From Limisphaerales bacterium (lineage in GTDB: Bacteria > Verrucomicrobiota > Verrucomicrobiia > Limisphaerales > JAEYXS01), in assembly GCA_965283725.1 (NCBI GenBank), contig CBDIPT010000001.1:799154-863153 (forward strand): a DNA stretch of 64,000 bases, read 5' to 3'. The stretch's first letter is position 1. Each line of letters begins with the position of its first letter. Below are positions 27,855 to 38,643 of this stretch, in pieces. Below the pieces are notes generated by a model, which saw only the letters and a list, made by a program, of their open reading frames with translations, made no database searches and was not told the DNA's origin. Made by a program: the position numbers and the translations under genes.

Positions 27855-29623
27855 TGACAGCCAAGAAGATCAATGTGGAAGACAAGGTGCATACCATCAC
27901 GCCGAATTTCCGTCAGGTAGATGTGTTTGGCGGTTACACGGCAGCGGCGGGCAGCGCGTTCATCAATTCCGGCAATCTCCCGGCACGATTCCAAGGCAAG
28001 GCGATGGTTTGCGAGCCGACGATGAAAACCATTTCGTTGATGGATGTGCAGCCGGACGGTGCGGGTTACGTGGCGAAGGATGGTTTCAATCTGGTGGCAA
28101 GCACGGATGAATGGATGTCGCCGGTATTCTCCGAGGTTGGTCCGGATGGTGCGATCTGGTTCTCCGACTGGCAGAACTACATCATCCAGCATAATCCGAC
28201 GCCGAGCTATGAGCGGGGTGGTTATGCAGCGAAGACGGGTGTGGGCGGGGCGCATGAGAATCCATTGCGCGATCATGCGCGTGGGCGCATCTATCGCGTG
28301 GTGTGGGACAAGGCGACCAAGCCGGCCATCACTTCGCTCAAGGGCGCGAGCACAGCGCAATTGACGGCGGCTTTGGGTGATGACAACCAGTTCTGGCGGT
28401 TGACGGCGCAACGGTTGCTGGTGGAAGGCAAGCGCGTGGAAGCCGCGCCGGAATTGAAACAGGCGGTGACGAATGGTCCGGCGATCAAGGCGATCCATTC
28501 GCTGTGGGCATTGCAGGGCTTGGGCAAGCTGGACGATGACACGCATCGGGCGGCGTTGCTGCATAAGGATGCGATGGTGCGCCGTAATGCGACGCGGGCT
28601 TTGGGCAGTGACGACCGCGCCCAGAAGCTGTTCTTCAGCGCCGGTGTGGTGAGCGATCCGAATCCGAACACGAAGCTTGCCGGTCTGGTGAAGCTGGCGG
28701 AGTTCACGACGACGAAGAACATCCAGACGGTAGTGGGCAGTCTGGCAAAGAACACATCGTTGAAATCCGATGAATGGTTGAGTGATGCTGTGCGGTTGCT
28801 GGCGAAGAAGCACCACACGGAGGTGTATCGTGAAGGGCCGAACTTGCTGCCGAATCCGGGTTTTGAGGAATTGGGCACGGATGGTTTCCCGGTGGGCTGG
28901 AAGCGGCGTGATTACGGGAACCAAGCCAAAGCCGGGGAAGCGGAATGGGCCGTGGTGAAGGGAAGCGATCAGAAGCATGGGGGTGAGGCGGCCATGCGGG
29001 TCATCGCACGCACGAAGAGCAACGGCCCGGTGGATACAAGCTTCTTCGCGGATGTGGTCTTGAAGCCGAACACGGATTACCGCCTAAGCGCCTGGATCAA
29101 AGGCCATGCCTTGCGGAATGGCAAAGTCAGTCTGAACGACCATATTGGTCGCGCGGAGACGGACAAGGTCACGAGGGAATCCGACTGGGTGGAAGTCGAG
29201 ACCATCTTCAACAGCCGTGACCGGAAAACGGCCAGCATCAACATCTTGTTCGTAGCACAGGGCGGCGATGGCTATTTCGATGATGTGAAGCTGGCAGAAT
29301 TGTTGCCCCTGGAAGATTCAACCAAGGTGTTGGTCGGTGATGCCAAACGGGGTGACGAGATCTTCCATCATCATGCGGCGGCTTGTATCCTGTGCCATTC
29401 ATTGAAGGGCGAGGGCAGCACGGTGGGGCCGGCGTTGGATGGCATCGCGACGCGCAAGGACGCGGCTTATATCAAGCAGAGTTTGCTGGAGCCGAGCGCC
29501 GTGCTAGCGCAGGGCTTCGAGAATCTGGGTGTTTCCCCGATGCCGCCGATGGGCGATATCTTCAATGCGCAGGAACTCCTGGATATCGGCGTATCTCCAG
29601 ACATTGAAATAAGCGGGTGCTGA
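27617..29623 (+). CDS. same dehydrogenase/heme-binding protein, C-terminal part (HEAT-like repeats, CBM-like domain, cytochrome c domain)
   Basis: The meaningful sequence starts at 'DQFGGTANNAPIFFGG'. HEAT-like 'MVRRNATRALG'. 'NPGFEELG..GWKRRDYG..DYRLSAWIKG' is a CBM4/9-like sandwich. Heme site 'CILCH'. Confidence 0.8.
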   Translation: MRGLLGLQWQGRRAGYALCARHLSFQGGWIGFGILASVQQQLVGPERERGGDQFGGTANNAPIFFGGIPASLVPKGLRVMTAKKINVEDKVHTITPNFRQVDVFGGYTAAAGSAFINSGNLPARFQGKAMVCEPTMKTISLMDVQPDGAGYVAKDGFNLVASTDEWMSPVFSEVGPDGAIWFSDWQNYIIQHNPTPSYERGGYAAKTGVGGAHENPLRDHARGRIYRVVWDKATKPAITSLKGASTAQLTAALGDDNQFWRLTAQRLLVEGKRVEAAPELKQAVTNGPAIKAIHSLWALQGLGKLDDDTHRAALLHKDAMVRRNATRALGSDDRAQKLFFSAGVVSDPNPNTKLAGLVKLAEFTTTKNIQTVVGSLAKNTSLKSDEWLSDAVRLLAKKHHTEVYREGPNLLPNPGFEELGTDGFPVGWKRRDYGNQAKAGEAEWAVVKGSDQKHGGEAAMRVIARTKSNGPVDTSFFADVVLKPNTDYRLSAWIKGHALRNGKVSLNDHIGRAETDKVTRESDWVEVETIFNSRDRKTASINILFVAQGGDGYFDDVKLAELLPLEDSTKVLVGDAKRGDEIFHHHAAACILCHSLKGEGSTVGPALDGIATRKDAAYIKQSLLEPSAVLAQGFENLGVSPMPPMGDIFNAQELLDIGVSPDIEISGC

Positions 29624-30928
29624 CTAGCTGAAAAGTGCCGTCACCGGTTTGCCCCCATCGGTGATCGGCACGGGGCGGGTGCCATCGTAGAGTTCCTTGC
29701 CCGGATTGATGCCGAGCGCGGCGCAGATGGTCGCGTGGAAATCCGGCATGGTCACGGGGTTCGTGACCACTTTCTTGGAAAGCTCATCGGATTCGCCATA
29801 GGCACGGCCGTGCTTCAATCCACCCCCGGCCATCACCAAGGTGAAGCACTTGGATTGATGGCCACGGCCGCCGCCGGAATCGAATTCAGGCGGGCGACCG
29901 AACTCAGTGCCGACTACGACCAAGGTCTTATCCAGCATCTTCCGTTGCTCCAGATCGAGGACCAAAGTGGACAGGGCATGGTCCAGTTCCTGGATGAGCA
30001 TGTACTGCTTGAGCTGGCCGGCGTTATGGGTGTCCCAACCGGTGCCGTTGATGAAATTCAAATTGTGCGAGACTTCTACGAAGCGGACGCCTGCTTCCAC
30101 CAACCGGCGGGCCAGCAAGCAACGCTGACCGAACTCGCCACCGTAGCGATTGCGCAGGTCGGCGGGCTCTTGCTTGAGCTGGAAGAGGTGCATGAAATCA
30201 GGGCCGGCGAGTTTCAGGCTTTGCTCGATGACTTCATTGTATTGGCGGGTGGCGGCGTCATCAGGTGTGGATTGCCGGACTTCAGCGAGCAGTTGTTCGC
30301 GGCGGGCCTGGCGGACATTATCCACCCCGGAGTGACGCACGAAACCATTGGGTCCAGCTTCGGTATCGGTGAGGTAGAGATAGCCGTGTTTGGGACCGAG
30401 GAACCCGGGATCGCGTGAGGCACTGGGGTAACCGACCACGACATACGCCGGGGCAGTGGGAGAGCGCTGTCCCAATTCATGCGCCACGATGCTGCCGATG
30501 CTGGGGTAACGGATGGTCTCGCTGAACTGCCGGGCCGTGTGCACGAAGTGCGTGGCCGTGGCGTGTTCATCCACGGTAGAATGTGTGCAGGAGCGGAGGA
30601 GCGTGAGGCGGCCCATCACCTTCGCCACGTTTGGCAGATGCTCGGTCACATTCACACCCGGAACGGCTGTGGGGATGACGTCGTAATAGGTGCCCGCCTG
30701 CTTGGTCTTGGGGTTGCCGCGTTTCTTGGGGTCGAAGGTATCGACCTGCGCCATGCCACCGCCGAGCCACATGAAGATGCATTGCTCCGCCTTGCCTTTG
30801 GGGAAGTTCTCGGAGGACGAGGCGAAGGCGCCTGGTAGCAGATTCATCGCGGCAGCCATCGCCGCACTGCGGCCGCCAAGGGAAAGGAATTGGCGGCGGG
30901 ACAGGTGATTGTTCAGGTGGGGCAACAT
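29624..30928 (-). CDS. DUF1501 family protein (sulfatase/alkaline-phosphatase-like, Tat-exported)
   Basis: 434 aa. Tat signal 'SRRQFLSLGGRSAAMAAAM'. 'FMWLGGGMAQVDTFDPK' and 'GWDTH', 'GTEFGR', 'GRGH' blocks are typical of DUF1501. Confidence 0.85.
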   Translation of the reverse strand: MLPHLNNHLSRRQFLSLGGRSAAMAAAMNLLPGAFASSSENFPKGKAEQCIFMWLGGGMAQVDTFDPKKRGNPKTKQAGTYYDVIPTAVPGVNVTEHLPNVAKVMGRLTLLRSCTHSTVDEHATATHFVHTARQFSETIRYPSIGSIVAHELGQRSPTAPAYVVVGYPSASRDPGFLGPKHGYLYLTDTEAGPNGFVRHSGVDNVRQARREQLLAEVRQSTPDDAATRQYNEVIEQSLKLAGPDFMHLFQLKQEPADLRNRYGGEFGQRCLLARRLVEAGVRFVEVSHNLNFINGTGWDTHNAGQLKQYMLIQELDHALSTLVLDLEQRKMLDKTLVVVGTEFGRPPEFDSGGGRGHQSKCFTLVMAGGGLKHGRAYGESDELSKKVVTNPVTMPDFHATICAALGINPGKELYDGTRPVPITDGGKPVTALFS

Positions 30929-30932
30929 AGTG

Positions 30933-33827
30933 CTAAGGGGCGTAAATGGTTTCCGGCGCGTTCAGCAAGGCCCAGAGAAAATCCTCCATACGCATGCGCC
31001 AATCGGCCGCGAGGCGGACCGTGGGCGCGGGGCCTTGGCGGGCTTCGACTTCTTCGATTTGCCGCAGTACATTGGCTTCGGATACCACATGATTGGCCCA
31101 GCTCACGTAAGGGCGCGGGGCGTGCGCGATGAGCGGGGCGGTCCGGCTCAGGACGCGTTGATCGTAGCCAGGTTGCAGCAAGGCAATGAATTTCTCGCGT
31201 TCTGTTTTTGTGGGGGAACGCCCCAAGATACGCAGGAAGACTTCTGCCACGAGCTGCTCGACGGGTTGCTTTTGTAACGTGAGCTCGGTCAAACCGGAGT
31301 CTTCAGAGAGACGTGTGAGCCAGAGGCTGGCGGTGCCGTTGGCGAGCAGGGCAGGTTGCAAGGGGTTCGGCTCGTTCTTGCGCACGGAGATGGGTTCCTG
31401 ACGGTTGCCTTCCCAACCGAAGGCGGCCATCAACTCGGTGATGACCTGGGCGCGCGGGAGGTTCAGGCTGGGACGATCGCGATCGTTGGAGGTGTAAACG
31501 AACTGCCAAGCGCGGCGAGGTTCACCGAAATTCAAAGCCAGCTTGGGGGTGCGACCGCTATCGACATCGATGCACAACAGGCCGGTGTCGAAGTCTTTGC
31601 CATAAGCGGTGAAGAGCGAATCCACCAATTGCTCGGCGCTCAACCGGCGGCGGATCGGCGCGGCGAAGAGGCGGTTGGCATCGGCATCCGTGCGGGATTG
31701 GCGCTGGTATGCCTGAGAATTCAAGATAAGACGCGCCAGGTGTTTGAGATCGTAGTCGTTACGGATGAATTCGCGCGCCAGCCATTTCAGGAGGTCAGGA
31801 TGCGAAATCTTGGTTTTCTCCCAATCATTCAACGGTTCCGCCAGGCCACGGCCGAAGTAACGGTGCCACACGCGGTTCACCAGCACCTCGGCGAAGCGTT
31901 CGTTTTGCGGCGCGGTGATGAGGGCGGCGAGATGCGTCCGGGAATCGGCCTCAGCAGGCAGGAAGCCCGGGGGAAGTTCATCGCGCATCAGGTTCTTGAG
32001 CGTCCATTCCGGCGTGAGCTTGTCACCGGGCTTGAGGGTGACTTGGATGAGCGATTTGCGACCGGCGAGTTTGTCCAAGGACACACTGCTGGTCTTGGGG
32101 ACTTCCACCGGTTGCTGGGCGAGCATGGCGGCGAGGTGGAAGAGGTCCGCCTGTTTGCTCTGATGATAGGGGGCATCGTGGCAACGGGCGCACTTCATCT
32201 CGGTGGCGAGGAGGGCGGAGCTGATGATGCCGGCCTTGGCGGCCATCGGTGAATCGTTCAACGCGGCGAGCGAGAAACCGGCGGGACCGCCATCATACAC
32301 CCCGCCTTCCATGCGGATAAGCTCGGTGATGAACATGTCCATTGGTTTGTTGTCGCGGAAGGATTCGTAGATCCACCAGCGAAACGGACCGGTGTTGTTC
32401 AGGGTGGCGTTGACGAGGTTGGGATTTTCCGCGAGCAAATCTTGCCAGAAACCGACCCAATGATCCGCCCAGCGCGGGTCTGCCAGCAGGCGGTCGATGA
32501 GTTTGGCGCGTTTATCCGGGTGCTGGTCAGCCGCGAACGCGCGGACTTCAGCCGCCGTGGGGAAGAGGCCGATGGTATCCAGGGTGACGCGACGGATGAA
32601 TTCGCCATCCGTGGTTGGCGGCGTGACGGTAAGATTTGAGACGGGCTGTTCTTCCGGCCAGACGGCACCTTCTTTGACCCAGCGGGTGAGCAGTTCGATC
32701 TGCGCAGTGGTCAACCGTTCCCCTTTGGGGGGCATGACGTCATCCGGATTCGCCGGGTTGAGTCGTTCGATCAAAGGACTTTTTTCCGGATGACCGGCGA
32801 CGAGAGCGGGTTTTTCCGAATCACCACCCTTAAGGGTGGTGGCCAAGGTATCGAGCATCAGACCGCCTTTGGGTTTGCCACTATGGCAGGAGAGACAATT
32901 CTTTTCGAGGATGGGCAGAACGTCGCGGTGGAACTCCACTGTGCCGTGCGCTTGCTTGCCGCTGGCCAAGGCGCGTTCGATGCGGGCATAGACGAATTGA
33001 TCCAGCGGGTTAGCCGCAGGCTGGCTGACGGCGGGCGGTTGGGGCGGCGGGTTCTGCTGCGCGAACGATTTCGCCGCCGCGTGGCGCATAGCCCAATAGT
33101 CCGCATGCTGGGCACGAGTGGTCGCGCGCCGGGCGGATTCAAGCTGGTCGTAGGCCGCTTCACGGGCGAGGCGGTAATTGGCCCAGCCGGCATCCGTCAG
33201 CGGGGCATCCAGCTTGGGAGCCAGCAGATGAAATTGATTGGCCCCAGCACGGGAAACCGCGAGCAAGGTCTCGCCGGGTTCCACACGGATGAGGTCTTTG
33301 GCCCGTTTGCCGCCGAGCAAGGTCTCAAACGTGAACGACTGCGTTTTGCCAGTGGCGGTGAACGGGACAAGGGTCTCGTAATCACCCGGTGCGCGTTGGC
33401 GCGTGAAATCGCCGAGCGCGAGGAAGTTTGTGCGGACGGCGTCGTGGCCGTCCTCGATCGGTTTGGGGAAAGGCAATTCCGCGACCAAGCGGCCATCCAC
33501 GTTCAGGCGCGCACCACTGCGGGCGCGGAGCAGGAGATCGTATTTGCCGGCCGGGAGTTTAAAGGTGGCGGTGGCGCGCACCAGCAAGGGACCGCTGCGG
33601 TCCGTGCGGACACCCGTGGAGGTGTATTGCCAGGGGAGATGAAAGAAAGCAAAGGCCGGTTCGGAATAGGTATCGGCGACTTGGGTAAGTTCATTCGTCG
33701 GCCAAGTGCGGTTATCCGGCACCCCGGCGGTGAGGATTTGCACGTGGACGGGTTCAACCGTCGCAGCTGGGGCAGAAGAGCAGACGAGCACGCCCAGCAA
33801 AGTGAGCAGGGACAAGGCGCGAAGCAT
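30933..33827 (-). CDS. PSCyt/PSD1 protein (planctomycete cytochrome-c-like domain + DUF1549 + DUF1553)
   Basis: ORF is open to 33986. The ATG at 33827 gives the signal peptide 'MLRALSLLTLLGVLVCSSAPA' (alternative ATG at 33878). 'CLSCHSGKPKGGLMLD' is the heme-like site. 'RRVTLDTIGLFPTAAEVRAF' and 'CARCHDAPY' mark DUF1549. C-terminal 'FLWALLNAPETIY' marks DUF1553. Confidence 0.85.
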   Translation of the reverse strand: MLRALSLLTLLGVLVCSSAPAATVEPVHVQILTAGVPDNRTWPTNELTQVADTYSEPAFAFFHLPWQYTSTGVRTDRSGPLLVRATATFKLPAGKYDLLLRARSGARLNVDGRLVAELPFPKPIEDGHDAVRTNFLALGDFTRQRAPGDYETLVPFTATGKTQSFTFETLLGGKRAKDLIRVEPGETLLAVSRAGANQFHLLAPKLDAPLTDAGWANYRLAREAAYDQLESARRATTRAQHADYWAMRHAAAKSFAQQNPPPQPPAVSQPAANPLDQFVYARIERALASGKQAHGTVEFHRDVLPILEKNCLSCHSGKPKGGLMLDTLATTLKGGDSEKPALVAGHPEKSPLIERLNPANPDDVMPPKGERLTTAQIELLTRWVKEGAVWPEEQPVSNLTVTPPTTDGEFIRRVTLDTIGLFPTAAEVRAFAADQHPDKRAKLIDRLLADPRWADHWVGFWQDLLAENPNLVNATLNNTGPFRWWIYESFRDNKPMDMFITELIRMEGGVYDGGPAGFSLAALNDSPMAAKAGIISSALLATEMKCARCHDAPYHQSKQADLFHLAAMLAQQPVEVPKTSSVSLDKLAGRKSLIQVTLKPGDKLTPEWTLKNLMRDELPPGFLPAEADSRTHLAALITAPQNERFAEVLVNRVWHRYFGRGLAEPLNDWEKTKISHPDLLKWLAREFIRNDYDLKHLARLILNSQAYQRQSRTDADANRLFAAPIRRRLSAEQLVDSLFTAYGKDFDTGLLCIDVDSGRTPKLALNFGEPRRAWQFVYTSNDRDRPSLNLPRAQVITELMAAFGWEGNRQEPISVRKNEPNPLQPALLANGTASLWLTRLSEDSGLTELTLQKQPVEQLVAEVFLRILGRSPTKTEREKFIALLQPGYDQRVLSRTAPLIAHAPRPYVSWANHVVSEANVLRQIEEVEARQGPAPTVRLAADWRMRMEDFLWALLNAPETIYAP

Positions 33828-34005
33828 CCGCCCGCAGGCTGGGGTAACGGTCGTTTGACTGATGATATGGCGTTCCATGTAATCCGGTGACAGCCATAGT
33901 GTAGTGCCGGAACATGAATCGTCACGAACGCAGTGGTGGGAGGTGGGACTACCACTTTCGGGTGAGAGCCGCCAGCGAATGCCCAAAAAGGCAGCTTAAC
34001 GTTGG

Positions 34006-35886
34006 TCAGTTAGCTTGGTCCGGTTCGGCAGGCGGGTTCGCCTTCTCTTCATGGTGTTTTTTAGACGTCAGGTGGCGGCTGTAATACTTCTCGAGTGTCT
34101 GGATGAAATCAGCGCCCTCTTTCTTGAAATCCATGAATTTGATTTTGCGATTGTACGTCTTCGTGTCGCCTTCGAGCTTGTAATCAATCGTCAACACTTT
34201 GCCGCCGAGCGCATCGTCAACCCGGCAGGTGGCGATGGTGGAGTAAAGCAGCGGAGCGTCCCAATCCGATAAATGGAGTTTTTCGTAATCAAAGGTGGCG
34301 GTCACCGCCTTGCTATTGGTGAATTGGATTTCCGGGAAGAACTTCACCACGTGTTTGATCTCGTTTTCACCTTCGGGCTTGAAACGCCAGGCGAGGGTCT
34401 CTTGATGAACTTTTTGGAAGTTATCCTCGAAAGCTTTCCATTGAGCTTCTTCGATAGCGGCTGCGCCTTCAATAGCTGCAAACCAGGTCTCGCTGAGAGC
34501 GGGGATGGGGTCGTCCGGTTGCACGACCTTGGTGTCGAGACCGATGCTGGCCAAGCGGCTGTCCAGCGGCGGGTGGGAATCGAATGGGTGGGGGGTGCCA
34601 GATTCGGCGAGTTCGGTGCCTTGGACACTGGAACTCATGAATTGCGGAAAGCCCTTTTCCACCCGCTCAAAGACATTCATCGTTTCAAAGCTGGCATCCG
34701 TCTCGAACAAGGTGCTTTGGACTTTTTCACGATACTTGCAATAAGCGGTGATTTTTACCAATGAGCGGGCGATGTCCCGGGGAGAGGTGAGTTCAGCTCC
34801 GATGCGGTCGGCGCGGAACTCCCGTTCGCGGCGGATTTTATTCAGCGCGAATTGGTACAAGTTCCAGAAAAAGAACATGAAGTGAAAGACGGGCCGGGAG
34901 AGGCCGCCTTGGTACAGGGCTTGAAGGTAATGAAAGTATTTGCCCAGCAGCGGCGAAATGCGCTTCGAGTAAACGGTGTCCTCGCCGCTGAAATGAGCCA
35001 ATTCATGGGCCAAAACGGCATCGGCCTCACTACGGGACAGGGCCTTGAGCAGGGAGATGCTGGCAAAGAGCGTCCGCCCGTTATAGAGCTCGCCGCCGAC
35101 CTTTACCGGGTGTTCGGTCACAAAGAAATTATCGTCGATCCCCACGAAAATCTGATCCGGCGGGGCGATGCCCAGCTTTTGAGCCATCTCCGAGACGCGT
35201 TGCCAGAGTTCGGGAGCCGCCTCCTTTTTCACGAGTGTGCCTTCAAACTCTGTGAAGGTCGGGAGCTTGCGGAAAATCGCTGCAACCAACAGGCCGATGG
35301 CACAAATCGCAAAAATGCCGATCAGGGCGATCAGCTTGATCACGTAAATCTCCATCCAAAACGCTGTTATCCAGAAAGAAAGCGCGACGGCGAGGACACC
35401 TTGGCCGACTACTTGGACGACGGCGAATACTCGTAGGATGTTCCAGCCTACGCGCAGGTTCCAATACAAGGCATTTTGTGAACGGGTGGAAAAGCGCAGA
35501 CCGATTCCGGCGGCGATCAAGGCAACGAGTGCGGTGCCCAGGCAAAGGAGCGCTGTCCGCTTCATCCAACGGAAAGTCGCGTAGCGGAACTGCAGGTCGC
35601 TAAAAGAATCCTGCATCTTTTTCACTTCCGGATCGTTGGAAGCAAGGAGTTTGGAGAGGGGGACGGATTCGAAAAACTGGAGGGCTTTCTGACGTTTCTC
35701 CGCGGTCAACTCATTGTCATTACGGATCTGGGTCAGGGCTGATTCGCGGATCTGGCGGTCGTAGTAAGCTTCGACGTGGTCGAAAAACCAAAGGCTGAAA
35801 CCAGGGATGAGAAAGATGACAAGCAAGGGGAGCACGTAGGATTTGATGAACCCGGTTTGAGAGAAATCGTTTTTCGCGGCGGCCAT
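34006..35886 (-). CDS. M48-family Zn metallopeptidase, polytopic membrane protein with a C-terminal soluble domain
   Basis: 626 aa with several TM helices. HExxH 'LAHELAHFSGED', distal 'HPFDSHPPLDSRL'. Lies 20 nt upstream of the PSD1 gene on the same strand. Confidence 0.85.
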   Translation of the reverse strand: MAAAKNDFSQTGFIKSYVLPLLVIFLIPGFSLWFFDHVEAYYDRQIRESALTQIRNDNELTAEKRQKALQFFESVPLSKLLASNDPEVKKMQDSFSDLQFRYATFRWMKRTALLCLGTALVALIAAGIGLRFSTRSQNALYWNLRVGWNILRVFAVVQVVGQGVLAVALSFWITAFWMEIYVIKLIALIGIFAICAIGLLVAAIFRKLPTFTEFEGTLVKKEAAPELWQRVSEMAQKLGIAPPDQIFVGIDDNFFVTEHPVKVGGELYNGRTLFASISLLKALSRSEADAVLAHELAHFSGEDTVYSKRISPLLGKYFHYLQALYQGGLSRPVFHFMFFFWNLYQFALNKIRREREFRADRIGAELTSPRDIARSLVKITAYCKYREKVQSTLFETDASFETMNVFERVEKGFPQFMSSSVQGTELAESGTPHPFDSHPPLDSRLASIGLDTKVVQPDDPIPALSETWFAAIEGAAAIEEAQWKAFEDNFQKVHQETLAWRFKPEGENEIKHVVKFFPEIQFTNSKAVTATFDYEKLHLSDWDAPLLYSTIATCRVDDALGGKVLTIDYKLEGDTKTYNRKIKFMDFKKEGADFIQTLEKYYSRHLTSKKHHEEKANPPAEPDQAN

Positions 35887-36174
35887 AAATACTCCTTGTT
35901 TTGACGGCCAAGCACGGCTTGGCAGCTTGCTGCTTGCAACCCAAGGTTCATCCTTGGATCAGCACCGTAGGAAAATGGTATTTTTGGCATGCCAGGACGG
36001 CAAGCCTACAATTTAAGGGTGCTTTGGCCGAAGTATTCCTTGCGCAGTCTTGACCGCCTCTTTCGGACTATGAGATTAAAGTTCTGATCCAATTGTTTGG
36101 CCGTAAGGCTGCAACCACTGTCCAAGGTGTTTTTGGTGAATTATTTGGGCGGTGGTTTCGTCTAAGAAACTCGC

Positions 36175-38640
36175 ATGGAGAGCTGGCGTACCATACTCGG
36201 GGTGGCCATGAGCGGGATGCTCGTGGCGGGGAGTCTTTTGGCCGCGGAAATCAAGCCGCTGGGCAAGGGTAAAACCATAGATATCGAGCAAGGTCGCAAG
36301 CACTGGGCTTATCAGCCGGTATTGAATCCCGCTCTGCCAGGAGTGAAGAACAAACGCTGGGCGCAGGCGGATATGGATCGTTTCATTCTGGCCCGCTTGG
36401 AAAAAGAAGGGTTGAAGCCCAGTTTGCCGGCGGAGAAACGGGTGCTGATCCGGCGGGTGTATTTTGACCTCATCGGATTGCCGCCGACGTATGAGGAAGT
36501 GGAGGCGTTCGCGGCCGACAGATCGCCGAAAGCATTAGAGCAATTGGTGGATAAGCTGCTGGCGCGACCAGAATATGGACAACGCTGGGGACGACATTGG
36601 CTGGATGTGGCCCGTTACGCGGATACGATCGAGCAATCCGTAGATGGTGAGCGGCGGATTCCGTTTGCGCATACCTACCGGGATTACGTCATCGATTCAC
36701 TCAATGCGGACAAGCCGTTCAACCGCTTCATCCTGGAACAAGTGGCGGCGGATCGTTTGCCTGCGACGGACAAGGCGGATTTGCGGGGATTGGGTTTCCT
36801 AACTGTAGGGCGGCAATTCCGGGCGAACGAGGACGGGCCGAATCTGGTGATTGATGACCGCATCGATGTCATCACACGTGGTTTTCTAGGGCTGACGGTG
36901 TCTTGTGCCCGGTGTCATGATCATAAATTCGATCCAGTTCCAACGGCGGATTATTATTCCTTGTTCGGCATCTTGGGCAGTGTGCAGGAGCCTTTGGATC
37001 TGCCGGAATTGAGCCGTTCCGGTGAGGCAACGGCGATCGAGAAATATCAAACTGAGCGGACGAGAATCCTCAAAGAGTATGACGCGCATGTGGATGCTTG
37101 CATGGCGAAGGCGAACCAGCATTTCCGCGATTTGGTGACGGAGTATTTGCAAGTCATCGTGCGCAGTTCTCCGAATCACCGGACCACCGAGGGGTATGTG
37201 CCGCTGGATACCCCGCGTGGGTTGCTCTTCTACAAGGCACCCGGCCGGTGGGAGGCTTTGCTGGCGCAGAGCAAGGCGAGCGGAGAGCCGTTCTTCAAGC
37301 TCTGGCATGAGCTGATGGCCTTGTCCAAAGAAGGTTTCGGCGCGAAAGCCCAGGCGGTCATCGGGGAGATGAGCAAGCAACCGACGGCGTATCACCCGGC
37401 GATCAGCGCGGCGTTCCGGGAACAGAAGCCGGCGACGATGCTTGATGTGGCGGGGATTTACGGAAAGGTGATCCAAGAGGCGTTGAAGGCGCCGACGGAG
37501 GAAGCGCGTTATGTCACAAATCTGGTTTACGGACCGAAATCCCCGGTGCCGCCGCATGACCGGCAGGAGATGATCGATGACATTCATCGGTTCCTGACCG
37601 AGAAGGAGCTGGTGAATCGCGGAGATGGCGAGCGCGGGGATGGTTTACGCACGCAGTTGAGCGTGCTGGAAGCGACCGCGCCGGTGGAGCGGCCCATGGC
37701 GGTGCGCGCTACGCCGAAACCGGTGGACCCGCATATCCTGATCCGCGGCGAAGCGAAGGCCGTGGGCGCGGCGGTGCCCCGGCGTTTTCTGCAAGTGCTC
37801 GCCAAGGTGGATGGGCGTAACTATGCGGATGATGGGCGTCTGCAATTGGCCGAGGCAATCGCCAGCCCGGAGAATCCGCTGGTGGCACGGGTCATCGTGA
37901 ACCGGGTCTGGCAGCAGCACTTTGGCGTGGGTTTGGTGGCCTCGGCGGATAACTTTGGTATGATGGGGCAGGAGCCATCGCATCCAGAGTTGCTGGATCA
38001 TCTGGCGGCTTGGTTCATGCAGCACCGGTGGTCGTTGAAGGCGTTGCATCGCTACATCCTGAATTCGGCGACGTGGCAGCAAAGCAGCGCCACGAACGAG
38101 CGGGCCATGGTGAAAGACCCGGCGAATCATCTGCTCTGGCGGAATTCACCCCGGCGGCTGGAATTCGAGCCGTTGCGGGATTCGTTGCTGTATGTGGCGG
38201 GTCGCCTCGATACCAAGTTGGGTGGACGGAGCGCTCCCTTGGAGGACAAGAATCTACGGCGGGCCGTGTATGGTTACACCGATCGTTTCCGCATCCCGTC
38301 CCTGCTGCGGAATTTCGACGTGGCAAACCCCGATACCTCCATCGCCCGGCGAAGCGAGACGACGGTGCCATTGCAGGCCTTGTATCTGATGAACAGCAGC
38401 TTTGCGCGGCAACAAGCCGAGGCGTTGATGAAGCGGCCCGAGATGGCCAAAACCAAAGGCACGGAGGAGCGCATCCAGACGGCCTTCCGGCTGGTCTATT
38501 CACGGCAGCCGACGAAGGATGAACTGAAGCTGGCGCGCGAGTATGTGAGTGTGCCGGGGAACGAAGAAACGGTGAACCGCCAGTGGGCGAACTTCGTGCA
38601 AGGATTGTTGATCGCGAATGAGTTTGTCTTTGTGGATTAA
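36175..38640 (+). CDS. DUF1549/DUF1553 (PSD1) protein
   Basis: 821 aa with a signal peptide. 'RRVYFDLIGLPPTYEEVEAF', 'CARCHDHKFDP', C-terminal 'FVQGLLIANEFVFVD'. Confidence 0.85.
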   Translation: MESWRTILGVAMSGMLVAGSLLAAEIKPLGKGKTIDIEQGRKHWAYQPVLNPALPGVKNKRWAQADMDRFILARLEKEGLKPSLPAEKRVLIRRVYFDLIGLPPTYEEVEAFAADRSPKALEQLVDKLLARPEYGQRWGRHWLDVARYADTIEQSVDGERRIPFAHTYRDYVIDSLNADKPFNRFILEQVAADRLPATDKADLRGLGFLTVGRQFRANEDGPNLVIDDRIDVITRGFLGLTVSCARCHDHKFDPVPTADYYSLFGILGSVQEPLDLPELSRSGEATAIEKYQTERTRILKEYDAHVDACMAKANQHFRDLVTEYLQVIVRSSPNHRTTEGYVPLDTPRGLLFYKAPGRWEALLAQSKASGEPFFKLWHELMALSKEGFGAKAQAVIGEMSKQPTAYHPAISAAFREQKPATMLDVAGIYGKVIQEALKAPTEEARYVTNLVYGPKSPVPPHDRQEMIDDIHRFLTEKELVNRGDGERGDGLRTQLSVLEATAPVERPMAVRATPKPVDPHILIRGEAKAVGAAVPRRFLQVLAKVDGRNYADDGRLQLAEAIASPENPLVARVIVNRVWQQHFGVGLVASADNFGMMGQEPSHPELLDHLAAWFMQHRWSLKALHRYILNSATWQQSSATNERAMVKDPANHLLWRNSPRRLEFEPLRDSLLYVAGRLDTKLGGRSAPLEDKNLRRAVYGYTDRFRIPSLLRNFDVANPDTSIARRSETTVPLQALYLMNSSFARQQAEALMKRPEMAKTKGTEERIQTAFRLVYSRQPTKDELKLAREYVSVPGNEETVNRQWANFVQGLLIANEFVFVD

Positions 38641-38643
38641 GCT

